A stretch of DNA of 38,924 nt from Planctomycetota bacterium (GCA_045863855.1 BTVV01000053.1:1-38924); one strand, 5' to 3'. Shown: positions 28,771 through 38,919, counted from the first letter of the stretch. Numbers and translations are program-made. Notes: a model not told the origin generated them from the letters alone.

Positions 28771-29539
28771 CGGTGGGCGGCTCGGGAGCAGGCAAGCTCG
28801 GGATTTCGGGCAATGGACGCGACCGCGCGAGCGCCGCGTATGCAATTCCGGCGACGCTCAAGACCAGACCCGCGGATACCAAAAATCCAAAATAGCCGAT
28901 GGCTTGCAGTGCGACAAACCACAGCAAGCCCAATGCAATTAAGTACAGTCCCACCTGCACCTGTTTATCCCGTGCTGCCTGGATCTGCTCCTGGGAATGA
29001 GCGGCCACATCTTTCCAAATCCGTTCGGCTTCGGACTGCGAAAAACCAGCGACGGCCATGTGGCGAGCGATCTGCGCGGCACCGGTTCCGTCGGTCAGCC
29101 AACCCGCCAGCAGCTCGCGTATGCGCACCTCGCGCTCGGCGGGCGCCCATTGCGTCATCCGCTCCAGCGCTTGGCGTTCCGGATTATCGAACTCCACTTC
29201 GTCCGTTTCTTCGATGGATTCCGGATTGAATGCGTCCACATGCGCACGCAGCTTGGTTTCGTTTCGTGCTCGAGCGATGGCTTGCTGCGCTGGTTCGAAT
29301 TGGGGCTGCGGCGCGAATACACGCAACTCCAACGCCCCGGCCGTCAGTGCCATGGAAGCTTGGGGCATCTCGTGGGAGGCTGGAATCCCGGCCTCGTCCA
29401 GCACGTGGCATAACCAAGTGGCTTCGCCGATCGAGCCGGCGAGCGCCACGACGGCCATAGGAACCTCCGAACCGGGTTCCTCGGAGTCGTCGTCTTCAAG
29501 CTCGGCAGCATCGATTTCATCGGGCTGTGGTTCTTCCAT
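28760..29539 (-). CDS. DUF2007-like N-terminal domain membrane protein (paralog 1)
   Basis: EATWLCHVLDEAGIPA..LRVFAPQPQFEPAQQAI; two C-terminal TM helices; AAGGGAAGG RBS before ATG 29539. Confidence 0.72.
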   Translation of the reverse strand: MEEPQPDEIDAAELEDDDSEEPGSEVPMAVVALAGSIGEATWLCHVLDEAGIPASHEMPQASMALTAGALELRVFAPQPQFEPAQQAIARARNETKLRAHVDAFNPESIEETDEVEFDNPERQALERMTQWAPAEREVRIRELLAGWLTDGTGAAQIARHMAVAGFSQSEAERIWKDVAAHSQEQIQAARDKQVQVGLYLIALGLLWFVALQAIGYFGFLVSAGLVLSVAGIAYAALARSRPLPEIPSLPAPEPPTDGK

Positions 29540-29706
29540 AGCCTTCCCTTTTAACAGGTAAAGTAAGGTGTGCCTACTCGTCATATGCCATCGAATCTGA
29601 GGCCTCAAACGCGCTGGCATACGCCGCGTTTTTACGTAAGGTTAGCACCTCAACGACCTTAAATGGTTCGTCTTACGGGTGTCAGAAACCCGAGGCGGCA
29701 CGGTGG

Positions 29707-31719
29707 ATGGATATGTCTAAGCTTATCGTTTCGTGTGCCCAATGCGGTAAACGCTTCAAGGGCGTCGCCGACGGCCGCAAGTATCGCTGCACACGCTGTG
29801 CGACGCGGTTTCGATTTCCCGAAGAGCCCCAAGTACCGCCCCCGGGGCAGGTGCTTTGCGCCTTCTGTTGGACCCCGCAGCGCGCCAGCGCCGATCTGGC
29901 TACTTGCAGCGGATGCGGCGAGAAGATCAGCCCGCGGCATGGCGGACGCGCCGAGGCGTATGAGGCCAGCCCCGATACGACGCTGAATGCCGTGGACGGC
30001 ATCGGCCAGACCGCCGAAGCCCTCAAGCGCCGTCTGCTCAAGCATCGCCAGCGCGAGAAGCGGCTCAAGAGTGTGCTGCGCCGCACCAAGGACGCCCTCG
30101 ACGGCGCCCAAGGCGAACTCCAGAATCTACGCCAGTCCACGATTCACCTCACTCCGCTGTCCAGCGAAGTGGAAGAACTCAAGGCCCAGCGCGAAAAGCT
30201 GCAATCCCAGCGCATCGAGATGCAGGATTATGTCAAGACGCTTGAAGGGAATCTGCAGGATCTGAAGCGACAACTCGAAGATCTGAAAAGGAATCCGCCG
30301 CGAGAAGCTGAAGAAGGCGGCGCCGAAAGCCTGATGGTCAGCAAGGACGACCTGTTCAAGCGCAGCACGTCGCGCTTCGAACGCGAGACGGAGATCCGGC
30401 GCGAACGCGAAGAATTACGTGCGCGGCTGGCCGAACTGGAAGCCAAGCTGAGCCCGCAGCCGGCCGCGGCGGATCCGTTCGCTTCGGCCGTACCGCCGCG
30501 TTCGCCGTCCGGCCGCGGCGAGACCCGGCACTTGGGGTCGATGGAGCCGCCCACCGCGGCGGAATCTGCGGTGGCACGCGGTTCGCTCGCTGCCGCACCC
30601 GCTCCGCCCACACTGGCGCTCCTGGCTCTGCGCCACTTCGCGCTGCGCGAATCGCCTTACAACGCCACGATTCTATGCGCCGTGGATTGCCATGAGCACA
30701 ATTACTCCAAGGTTCGCAATACCTTCGAGGAGACCGGCTTCAAGACGCTGCCGCACTTCGACAACCAGGATACGCAGCAACGCATGATCCTGCAGTATGT
30801 CGCTCAGGTACTGGATGTGCCGCCGATGCGGTTGTGCTGCGGTGCGAAGAACGTCACCCTGGACGGCGCCGAACGGCGCGTCGGCCGGATCAGCAAACTG
30901 GGGCTTCCGCTGGACGACGGCCACTTCGAGCCGCACGTGGCCGATCTCCGCATGATTCTAAGAAACGCTTATCCGGGTTTATCGCTGCGTTTCGTTTCGC
31001 TGCCCGCCCTGGATATCGCGCGGCTTTCGTACGCGCTGAAGAGCCCCGGCGGCACGACGGACGCCGAGGTGACTTCCGAATCCGGACCGACTCGTATCGA
31101 CGCGGATTGGCTGCGCGCGCGCTGCCGCGATCTGCACTTCGTCAAGTGGGTCGGGCGGCATTGGCCGAACGGTGTCGAGCCTGGAGAGATTGAAGGGCGC
31201 ATCGAATACGCCGACTGGCTGGTGCAATTGCTGGGGTATACGCGCTTCCCGCCTTACACTCGGGAAGGCAAGCGGATGCTGGTAAAACTAGCCTGTCTTT
31301 GCGCGGTCCGCGCGCAGCGCTGGGCGCCGGACGCCGCGGCACGCAACGCCTTGGGTGCTGCCGAACGCTGGGTCGAGGAACCCACGCGCGCACGAAGCGA
31401 AGAAGCCGCTCAGGCGGCCGGTTCCGCGCAAGAAGCCTTGGTCGGCACGCCGCCCGTCGAGGGTCCCGGCGCCTACATCCGGCAGGCCGCCACCGAAGCG
31501 GCCATTCGCGCCGCACGCGCCGCCGGCAGCGACGATCCTTCGCGCATTGTCAGCCACTCCGCTCGCGCGGCCGCAGCCGCGGTGATGGCCGCCAGCTTCG
31601 CCGCCCAGGCGCCCAACTCAACCTCATGGCTCGAACTGGTCAGCGACAAGATCCACACCAGCGAGGCGGCCGAGCACAAAGAACTCTGTGCTGCCATGCG
31701 CGTGCTGGTCAAAACCTAG
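29707..31719 (+). CDS. Hypothetical protein: N-terminal double zinc ribbon, coiled coil, unknown core, C-terminal Ala-rich Imm5-like region
   Basis: CAQC/CTRC/CAFC/CSGC; long heptad stretch; DWLVQLL..LVKLACLCA..ARNALGAAERWV. Confidence 0.75.
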   Translation: MDMSKLIVSCAQCGKRFKGVADGRKYRCTRCATRFRFPEEPQVPPPGQVLCAFCWTPQRASADLATCSGCGEKISPRHGGRAEAYEASPDTTLNAVDGIGQTAEALKRRLLKHRQREKRLKSVLRRTKDALDGAQGELQNLRQSTIHLTPLSSEVEELKAQREKLQSQRIEMQDYVKTLEGNLQDLKRQLEDLKRNPPREAEEGGAESLMVSKDDLFKRSTSRFERETEIRREREELRARLAELEAKLSPQPAAADPFASAVPPRSPSGRGETRHLGSMEPPTAAESAVARGSLAAAPAPPTLALLALRHFALRESPYNATILCAVDCHEHNYSKVRNTFEETGFKTLPHFDNQDTQQRMILQYVAQVLDVPPMRLCCGAKNVTLDGAERRVGRISKLGLPLDDGHFEPHVADLRMILRNAYPGLSLRFVSLPALDIARLSYALKSPGGTTDAEVTSESGPTRIDADWLRARCRDLHFVKWVGRHWPNGVEPGEIEGRIEYADWLVQLLGYTRFPPYTREGKRMLVKLACLCAVRAQRWAPDAAARNALGAAERWVEEPTRARSEEAAQAAGSAQEALVGTPPVEGPGAYIRQAATEAAIRAARAAGSDDPSRIVSHSARAAAAAVMAASFAAQAPNSTSWLELVSDKIHTSEAAEHKELCAAMRVLVKT

Positions 31720-31890
31720 GCTCTGCCCCGAAACGCTTCTTCGGCGTCTGTTTGCGGGGATCTACGCAGCGCTTCGTCAGCCTCGCTTGCTGTACCGACT
31801 CTACCGATACAGCGGGTTCTGTTTCCTCGCCCTGCTTGGTCCACGCCACGCATACGCTTTCGAAGCGATTCGGGATAGCGCTTGGTGTCT

Positions 31891-31945
31891 ACGATTTAAT
31901 TTTATATTTTGAATCGTTGACAGATGCCTCGCGGGACGATATGTA
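31891..31945 (+). promoter_or_regulatory. Putative recA promoter with adjacent AT-rich dyad
   Basis: ACGATT-N15-AATCGT abutting TTGACA (31917-31922); a weak -10 (TATGTA) lies 17 nt downstream. Confidence 0.4.
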
Positions 31946-32115
31946 TTCCGCAGCGGTTCGCCGAATCCCTCAGGCGAGTGCCTCACCGGACGGACCGTAA
32001 CGCCGTTTCGCGCACATCGCACAACCCCAACTCCGAACGAGGTTTGCCCCGGCGTTCCGCCGGCGGCTGGCGATTGCCACTATCTGCGGAAACGGATACG
32101 CTGAGGGTTCAAGTC

Positions 32116-33306
32116 ATGAGCGAGGTCGCACTGGCCGGCGCGGCCGTACTGAAACAGCCGGCGGCAACGTCTTCCCGAGGAACCGGTATGAGCAAGACCA
32201 AGGCTAAAGCGAGCGGCAAGAGCAGCGCGGGCGCCGACGAAGGCGACGAGATGAAATCCCGCAAAACCGAGGCGCTCACTCGCGCGCTGCAACAGATCGA
32301 AAAACAGTTTGGCGCCGGCAGCATCCAGCGTCTGGACAGCCAGTTGATCAAGGTCATACCGGCGATTTCCACCGGCGCGCTTTCGCTCGACTTGGCCTTG
32401 GGCGTCGGCGGTATGCCGATGGGGCGTGTGGTCGAGATTTTCGGGCCGGAATCCAGCGGCAAGACCACGCTCGCGCTCACTGTTGTCGGCAACGCCCAGA
32501 AGAACGGCGGATATGCGGCCTTCATCGATGCCGAACACGCGCTCGATCCGGCGTATGCGCGCAAGTTGGGCGTCAATCTCGACGAACTGCTGGTCAGTCA
32601 GCCGGACACGGGCGAGCAGGCCATGGAAATCTGCGAACAGCTCGTGCGCAGCAACGCGCTGGATATCGTCGTTATCGACTCCGTTGCGGCGCTTGTGCCG
32701 CGCGCGGAAATCGAAGGCGAGATGGGCGACAGCCACGTCGGCCTGCAAGCGCGGCTCATGTCGCAGGCGCTGCGCAAACTCACCGCCGCCATCTCCCGCA
32801 GCCATACTTGCGTGATCTTCATTAACCAGATCCGCGAAAAGATCGGCGTGATGTTCGGGAGCCCGGAGACGACGCCCGGCGGTCGCGCGCTGAAGTTCTA
32901 TTCGTCGGTGCGCGTCGATGTGCGCCGCATCGGCACCTTGAAGGAGGGCGAGACGCCCATCGGCTCGGCGGTGCGCTGTAAGGTGGTCAAGAACAAGGTG
33001 GCGCCGCCGTTCCGCCAGGCCGAATTCGATATCATGTACGACAGCGGCATCTCGTGGGAAGGTTCGGTGCTCGACCAAGGCATCATTCTGGGCGCCATCG
33101 ACAAATCCGGGGCTTGGTTCAGTTACAACGGCAACCGTTTGGGCCAGGGCCGCGAGAACGCGCGCAAGTTCCTTAAGGATAATCCGGACGTCTGCGAAGA
33201 AATTCGCCGCAAGGTCATGGAAAACTCGGCCGTCATGACCGGCAGCGGCTTGACCAGCGGCGGCGTGATGGCGGCGCCGGCTGAGAGCAGCGGGGCGGAC
33301 GAGTAA
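32116..33306 (+). CDS. recA: Recombinase A
   Basis: [54 protein letters not shown]. Start uncertain (32116/32188); no intein. Confidence 0.98.
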   Translation: MSEVALAGAAVLKQPAATSSRGTGMSKTKAKASGKSSAGADEGDEMKSRKTEALTRALQQIEKQFGAGSIQRLDSQLIKVIPAISTGALSLDLALGVGGMPMGRVVEIFGPESSGKTTLALTVVGNAQKNGGYAAFIDAEHALDPAYARKLGVNLDELLVSQPDTGEQAMEICEQLVRSNALDIVVIDSVAALVPRAEIEGEMGDSHVGLQARLMSQALRKLTAAISRSHTCVIFINQIREKIGVMFGSPETTPGGRALKFYSSVRVDVRRIGTLKEGETPIGSAVRCKVVKNKVAPPFRQAEFDIMYDSGISWEGSVLDQGIILGAIDKSGAWFSYNGNRLGQGRENARKFLKDNPDVCEEIRRKVMENSAVMTGSGLTSGGVMAAPAESSGADE

Positions 33307-33406
33307 TCGCATCTCGAACCGGGGCGCCAGGTTGTCCTTCCTTCGCGGCCGGCCGTTCGCTATACTCCCGGCGGCGTTTCGTTCGCATGGGCCTGGAGAT
33401 GGGCGG

Positions 33407-34873
33407 ATGGCGGGTCGCGTGGACCCCAGGCGTGCCGGCTGGCTGCTGCCGGTGCTGTGCCTTGCGGCGCTTCAAACGCTGGCTGCGGCCGAAGCTCCGC
33501 CCGCGGACGAAGATCCCGATATTGAATTGGCCATGCGCCTCGAGCGCGCATTTCAAAAGGTCGCCGCGCGCGCCAAACCCACCGTCGTAAGCCTCACCGT
33601 GATCACCGGGCGCGCGAGTTGGCCCGAGGAACTCCAACGCCTGCACGAGCAGGGCGGGGGGATGCATTTCGAAAGCCGCTTCACCGGCTCCGGCGTGATC
33701 ATCGATCCGTCCGGCACAATTCTGACCAACGAGCATGTGGTGCGCGGCGCCGAGCAGATCCGCGTGGAACTTCACGACGGCACGGTCTTTCGCGCGCGCT
33801 TGTCTGGAACCGACGCGCGCAGCGATCTGGCCGTGATTCAGCCGGTCAAGCCGCTGGCCAAGCCGTTGGCGCCGGCGATGTTGGCCGATTCGGACGAAGT
33901 GCGAGTGGGCCAGTGGGCGCTGGCCGTGGGCAATCCGTTCGAGCTTTCCAATACGCTGACGGTCGGCGTCGTCAGCGCGCGCGGACGCAGCTTGCCGGCG
34001 CGCGGGCTGAACCAGGATGTCTTCTACGGAAATCTGATTCAGACCGACGCGGCGATCAACCCCGGCAACAGCGGCGGGCCGCTCTTTAACCTCAAAGGGC
34101 AACTCATCGGCATCAACACGATGATTTACAGCCACAAAGGTATCAGTGAGGGTTTCGGCTTCGCGATTCCCGCCAACGACATCAAACCGCGGCTGGCCTA
34201 CCTGACCACGGGGCGTCCCGTCGAGTACGGCTGGCTCGGCGTGCGGCTGCGCGATCTGGAGGGCGACCAGACCGCTTTCGCGGTGCCCGGCAATCAAGGG
34301 GTGCTGGTCGAAGAAGTGATCCGGGACATGCCGGCCGACCGCGCCGGGATGCAGCGCGGAAGTGTGATCGTGACCTTCGACGGAATGGCGGTGACCAGCG
34401 CCGACGAACTGATCATGGCCGTGGGTATGGCTCCCGTGGGCAAGCTGGCGGCCGTGCGTCTGCTCAATCCGGGCGGGCAGATGGAAGACCTGAAGGTTCG
34501 CGTGGGCCTGCGTTCGACGGATCTGGTGCGCGTCAGCAACCAACTCGATCCGCGGATTCCGGAAGTGCCTCCGGTGCAGAAGGGCGAACTGGATTGGCGC
34601 GGCATGCGCGTGCGCGAGCTTTCGAACGAAGAAGCCGAGAAAGCGGGCGGGCGGCTGCGCGTGATTCGTGTATGGAAAGGAACGCCCGCCGATTTTGCCG
34701 GCCTGTACGAAGGCGCCATCGTCGATGAGATCAAGTACGCCGAGAAAGCGGCGATCCAGGCCCTCCTCAGTTTGAGCGACCTGCGCGGAGCGACGGAAGC
34801 CGCCAAGGACGCCGTTTATCTGCACTCGCCCATCGTCGGATACGTGAAGCTCGATCCCGAGAACGAACCTTAG
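33407..34873 (+). CDS. HtrA/DegP-family serine protease with PDZ domains
   Basis: TNEHVV, SDLAVI, QTDAAINPGNSGGPL, GWLGV; signal peptide from ATG 33407. Confidence 0.93.
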   Translation: MAGRVDPRRAGWLLPVLCLAALQTLAAAEAPPADEDPDIELAMRLERAFQKVAARAKPTVVSLTVITGRASWPEELQRLHEQGGGMHFESRFTGSGVIIDPSGTILTNEHVVRGAEQIRVELHDGTVFRARLSGTDARSDLAVIQPVKPLAKPLAPAMLADSDEVRVGQWALAVGNPFELSNTLTVGVVSARGRSLPARGLNQDVFYGNLIQTDAAINPGNSGGPLFNLKGQLIGINTMIYSHKGISEGFGFAIPANDIKPRLAYLTTGRPVEYGWLGVRLRDLEGDQTAFAVPGNQGVLVEEVIRDMPADRAGMQRGSVIVTFDGMAVTSADELIMAVGMAPVGKLAAVRLLNPGGQMEDLKVRVGLRSTDLVRVSNQLDPRIPEVPPVQKGELDWRGMRVRELSNEEAEKAGGRLRVIRVWKGTPADFAGLYEGAIVDEIKYAEKAAIQALLSLSDLRGATEAAKDAVYLHSPIVGYVKLDPENEP

Positions 34874-35037
34874 CTGCCCGTTGAAAAAGGGTGCTGACCG
34901 CGCTGCGGAGAGCATTTGAACTGGGCAAGGCGTCGCGCAGGGAGTCGCATCTCCCTGATGCGACTCCACTTCGCGCGCCTTGATCCGGTCCACCATTCAA
35001 GGCTGCGCGGTCGTGCCCTTTTTCGACGGGCTGCTAA
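34870..35037. mobile_element. 168-bp palindromic MITE-like element
   Basis: Terminal inverted repeats TTAGCTGCCCGTTGAAAAAGGG / CCCTTTTTCGACGGGCTGCTAA, nested inner arms, and a perfect 11-bp stem GGAGTCGCATC-TCCCT-GATGCGACTCC. Confidence 0.72.
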
Positions 35038-35046
35038 CCGCTCCGG

Positions 35047-36504
35047 TCACTTTCCCGCCTGAAACTTTGCTAACTGCTCGCGAAAGTACTCGATATTCGG
35101 CGGCTTGAGCGCGATCGCCTTTTTGATGGTCGCCACCGCTTCGGCCTGCTGCCCGTTCTGGTGGTAACACTCGGCGAGCGTATCCAGCACTTCGGCGGTC
35201 GGATCCAGTTCCACCGCGCGTTCGGCGAGCGGGATGGCGTCCTTGACTTTACGCAGCTTGGGGTCTTCCGCGGTGGCGTAAAGCCACGCCAACAGTCCCA
35301 TCGCGTCCGCATAGTCGGGGCGCAGATTCAGCGCCTTCAGGTACGCCTGTTCTTGCGCCGTCTCGCTCCCGCGCTTGTCACCCGCCAAAGCCAACGCTTC
35401 GTGCACGCGCGCGAGGACGAAAAAACTGCGGGGATCGGTGGGATCTTCCTTGCAGGCGGCCTCCAGCACCTCCAACGCATCGGCCGGCCTGTTCAGTTCG
35501 AAAAGCACTCGGCCTTTCAAGTGCTTCGCTTTGGAGAATTTGGCATCCAGCTTCAGAGCTTCGTCGCATGCTACGAGCGCTTCGTCGTTCTTGTCTTCGT
35601 ACCAAAGCGCCAACCCGCGCTCGAACCAGCCCCTGGCGCTCTGCATCTCCAAAGTCAGCACCCAGGTCTTCCAGGCCTGTTCCAGCTGTTCGGGCGTGGC
35701 GCCGTTGAAGGCTTTCTTGAAGGCCTGAACGTGGTCGCGTCCATTCTTGATTTCTTCGAGGTACAGGCCGAAACCATGAGCGAGATTATTCTTCGCGAAG
35801 TAGTACACCACCGACCAGCCCTGCGCGTAGGCCAGAAGGTCGTAGCGGTCGTAGTCGACCATTTTCATCAACTGCGCGAGCGAATGGTATTCGCGCTTCT
35901 TCACGGCTTCCTGCAAGTGCAGCAGCCGCCCGTAAGGCACCTGTCCGGTCGTCAGCTTGCCGTTCTTGAACTGTGCCGTCTCGAAGTAGACCGCCAGTCC
36001 TTCATCCACCCACAGCGGCATGTTGCCGCGGGGCGCGAAGAGCGATGTTACGTAATGCGTTACCTCATGGTAAAGGGTGCTCAGTACGTCCTCCGGATCG
36101 TCGGACCAGAAAAGCACGATCTCCTTGCGCGTCGGGTCGAAGTGACCTACCGTGTGCTCGCTGTCACGCATGCCGTGGTCTGCGCGATACTTCATGAACT
36201 CCGCACGCTCGGCGAATATCAGCACCGCCAGTTGTTCTTTCGGCGGCTTGCCCAGGCGGAAGCGCGTGAACATTTCCTGGAACTGCTGTTCCAGCGCCTG
36301 CGAGACTTCCTTCGCGAGCTTTTCGTTCGTATTGGTGGTTACGAGAAAGTGCGGCGATGGGACTTTGAACGCATCCGCCCAGGGAATGCGTTTGCCCGAG
36401 CGCTGCAGTAAGGTCAACGCGGTCGGAGTCTCGCCTTCGCCCGCCGTCAGCGCCGCGGCCAGCAACCAGGTCGTGCCGGCTAACCAACCTACGCGCCCAT
36501 TCAC
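35047..36504 (-). CDS. DUF1570-like HExxH metallopeptidase with C-terminal TPR repeats
   Basis: LYHEVTH..PLWVDEGLAVYFE, YAQGWSVVYY, TPR motifs; AAGGAGG RBS before GTG 36504; signal peptide. Confidence 0.85.
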   Translation of the reverse strand: MNGRVGWLAGTTWLLAAALTAGEGETPTALTLLQRSGKRIPWADAFKVPSPHFLVTTNTNEKLAKEVSQALEQQFQEMFTRFRLGKPPKEQLAVLIFAERAEFMKYRADHGMRDSEHTVGHFDPTRKEIVLFWSDDPEDVLSTLYHEVTHYVTSLFAPRGNMPLWVDEGLAVYFETAQFKNGKLTTGQVPYGRLLHLQEAVKKREYHSLAQLMKMVDYDRYDLLAYAQGWSVVYYFAKNNLAHGFGLYLEEIKNGRDHVQAFKKAFNGATPEQLEQAWKTWVLTLEMQSARGWFERGLALWYEDKNDEALVACDEALKLDAKFSKAKHLKGRVLFELNRPADALEVLEAACKEDPTDPRSFFVLARVHEALALAGDKRGSETAQEQAYLKALNLRPDYADAMGLLAWLYATAEDPKLRKVKDAIPLAERAVELDPTAEVLDTLAECYHQNGQQAEAVATIKKAIALKPPNIEYFREQLAKFQAGK

Positions 36505-36570
36505 GAGGAAGCCTCCTTGCGAACTATGACTTACAAACCAGAAATAAACCAAAACGAGTCGATGGCGCCT

Positions 36571-36598
36571 ATCCTAGCGTGGGGCGTCGGTCCGGCAA
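36571..36598 (-). promoter_or_regulatory. Possible sigma70 promoter of the TPR peptidase
   Basis: Minus strand TTGCCG-N16-TAGGAT. Confidence 0.4.
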
Positions 36599-36735
36599 GA
36601 TGAGGTGTAAGATTGCCGCAACCGCCGCGATTCGGCTGCGTCCAAGGGGAGTGCCGAACCGTGCGTTGGCGGCGGCCTGTGCGCTCGGGTAAGGTAAAGC
36701 GCTGTCCACCACGATCTCCAGGAGGTAGCTGATCG

Positions 36736-38850
36736 ATGCATCGATACAAGAAGGTAGGGACCGGTTCGGTCTTGGCGCTCGCGGCGCTGGTCGCAGGCAC
36801 GCTCGCCGCCGGCGAACCACCTGTTAAAGAAGCGCCCCCCGTGCAGAAAGTGATCCTATACAAGCACGGCATGGGATACATCGAACGCCGCGGCAAAATC
36901 GACGGCGACGCGATGATCGATCTTAATTTCCGCGCCGAGCAGATGAAGGATCTGCTCACCAGCTTCTTCGCCGTGGACCTGGGCGGCGGAAAAATCGCAA
37001 GCGTGCAGTACGAAACGAAAGATACGCTCAGCAAGCAGCTCGAAGGCATCCTGATCCGTGTTCCAGAAGGAAATGCGCTCAGCCAGTTTTTGATGCAACT
37101 GAAGGGCGCGAGCCTGACCGCGAAGGCCGCCGGCGAGACGGTGCAGGGCCGCATTCTGGGCGTCGAACCCGTGAACCAGGTGGTTGACAACAAACAAATA
37201 AACACCGGTTTTCGCCTGGTGCTGATGACCGGCGTGGGCACCATTCGCAGCCTGGATTTGTTCAGCATCGCCGAGTTCACGCTCGACGATCCCGAGCTTC
37301 AGCGCGACCTGAACCGCTTGCTGACGATCTCGCTCGACAGCAAGTACACCAACCGCAAGAAGATGCGGATCGTCGCGACCGGTGCGGGCGAACGCGAACT
37401 GCGCGTCGGTTATCTGGTTGAGATGCCGATCTGGAAGGCCAGCTACCGGGTCATCCTGGATGCGAAGAATGTGGACGCCGAATCGCTCCTGCAAGGTTGG
37501 GCCCTCGCGGAGAACACCACCGAAGACGATTGGAACGAAGTGGACATCGCATTCGTCGCCGGTAGTCCGCTCAGCTACATCATGGATCTCTACAGCCCGT
37601 TTTATATCCAGCGGCCGCATGTCCCGATTCCAGGTCTCGACCGTGTGAGTGCCAATTGGTCGGCGGCGCCCGAGCCGTCGATGCTGGCCGCGGCCAAGGA
37701 CAAAGCGGAACGCAAGCGTGACAGCCGCGCGCAGGAAGGTGCGTCCATGGAAATGGCCGCTCAGAAAGCCGGCGCCCCGATGGCGCCCGGCGCGGCCATG
37801 GCGGCGCCGGCGGCCGAAGCGGAACAAGATATGGCCGATTTGCTGCAAAGCAGCATGTCCACCGCGGCGAAAGGCGTCTCCGTGGGCGAACTGTTCAGCT
37901 ACCAGGGCCAGCAGAAGGTGAGCATCAAGCGCGGCCAGGCCGCCATGGTGCCGATCATTTCGCAGCAGGTGAAAGGGCAGCGCCTGCTTTACTACAAGGC
38001 TGCTTTCTCGCCGCGCCCCGCCAACGCGTACGTGCTCAAGAACGAGACCGAACTAACCTTCGAAGCCGGCGCGGTCACCTTCTTCGAAAGCGACACGGCG
38101 CTGGGCGAAGGCATCCTCGCACATACGCTGGCCCCCGGCGGCAAAGAGGTGCTGCCCTACGCCATCGACGGTTCGGTGGATGTCACGCCCGAGGTTCAAA
38201 GCCAGCACGAGCCGGCCTACAAGGGTTCGATCGTCAACGGCGTCGCTACGCTGACGCTTACCGAGAAGGTGACCAATACCTGGAAGCTCACCAACCGAGG
38301 CAAGAAGGATGGGTTGCTCTGGATCGACCAGCCCAAGAATTTCGCCTACAAGCTCGTGAAGCCCGAGAAGCCGCTGGAGGAAGTCGAAGGGCACTACCGG
38401 TTCGAGGTGGCCTTGAAGGCCGGTGCGCAGCAGGATTTCGTCGTCGAAGAGCAGCGCGAGATCTACCAGCAGGTGTATCTGTCCAACAGCGACGTCGGGC
38501 AGCTTCGATTCCTGCTGGCGCAGAAATTCTTCAGCGAGCCGACCAAGGCGTTCCTCAACGAACTCGTGGAGTTGATGAATCAGCGCACTGCGAAGCAGCA
38601 ACAACTGAACGAATGGAACCGGCAGATTCAGCAGTTGAGCGAAGAACAGAACCGGCTGAGGAACAACATGGGCAGCTTGAATACCGGACGCCCGCAGGAA
38701 GCCGAGTTGCGCGCCAAGTGGGTCACGCGATTGGGCGCGGCCGAAGACGAACTGATCGCCCTGCGCGGTAAGCTGGATGCCGGACAGCAAGAGCTGCAAA
38801 AGCTGGAAGTGCAGCTTGGCGAGAAAATCCGCAGCTACCAGGGCGAGTAA
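36736..38850 (+). CDS. Secreted DUF4139-like protein with C-terminal coiled coil
   Basis: KVILYKHGMGYIER, YLVEMPIWKASYRV, LQGWALAENTTEDDW, GELFSY; AGGAGG RBS; signal peptide. Confidence 0.82.
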   Translation: MHRYKKVGTGSVLALAALVAGTLAAGEPPVKEAPPVQKVILYKHGMGYIERRGKIDGDAMIDLNFRAEQMKDLLTSFFAVDLGGGKIASVQYETKDTLSKQLEGILIRVPEGNALSQFLMQLKGASLTAKAAGETVQGRILGVEPVNQVVDNKQINTGFRLVLMTGVGTIRSLDLFSIAEFTLDDPELQRDLNRLLTISLDSKYTNRKKMRIVATGAGERELRVGYLVEMPIWKASYRVILDAKNVDAESLLQGWALAENTTEDDWNEVDIAFVAGSPLSYIMDLYSPFYIQRPHVPIPGLDRVSANWSAAPEPSMLAAAKDKAERKRDSRAQEGASMEMAAQKAGAPMAPGAAMAAPAAEAEQDMADLLQSSMSTAAKGVSVGELFSYQGQQKVSIKRGQAAMVPIISQQVKGQRLLYYKAAFSPRPANAYVLKNETELTFEAGAVTFFESDTALGEGILAHTLAPGGKEVLPYAIDGSVDVTPEVQSQHEPAYKGSIVNGVATLTLTEKVTNTWKLTNRGKKDGLLWIDQPKNFAYKLVKPEKPLEEVEGHYRFEVALKAGAQQDFVVEEQREIYQQVYLSNSDVGQLRFLLAQKFFSEPTKAFLNELVELMNQRTAKQQQLNEWNRQIQQLSEEQNRLRNNMGSLNTGRPQEAELRAKWVTRLGAAEDELIALRGKLDAGQQELQKLEVQLGEKIRSYQGE

Positions 38851-38892
38851 GTCCGCCGCCGATTGCTATCGCGGGCCGATCGCCCGTCGGCC

Positions 38893-38919
38893 AAAAAGAG
38901 GCGCGCCCATGGGCGCGCC
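38893..38919 (-). terminator. Intrinsic terminator-like hairpin, possibly bidirectional
   Basis: Perfect 20-bp palindrome GGCGCGCCCATGGGCGCGCC preceded by AAAAAGA, which is a U-tract on the minus strand. Confidence 0.6.

Noticed and set aside
32103..32115. GAGGGTTCAAGTC resembling a tRNA T-arm or second att copy
   Set aside because: The stem does not close (no CCCTC) and there is no acceptor or CCA; it is probably just the recA RBS region.
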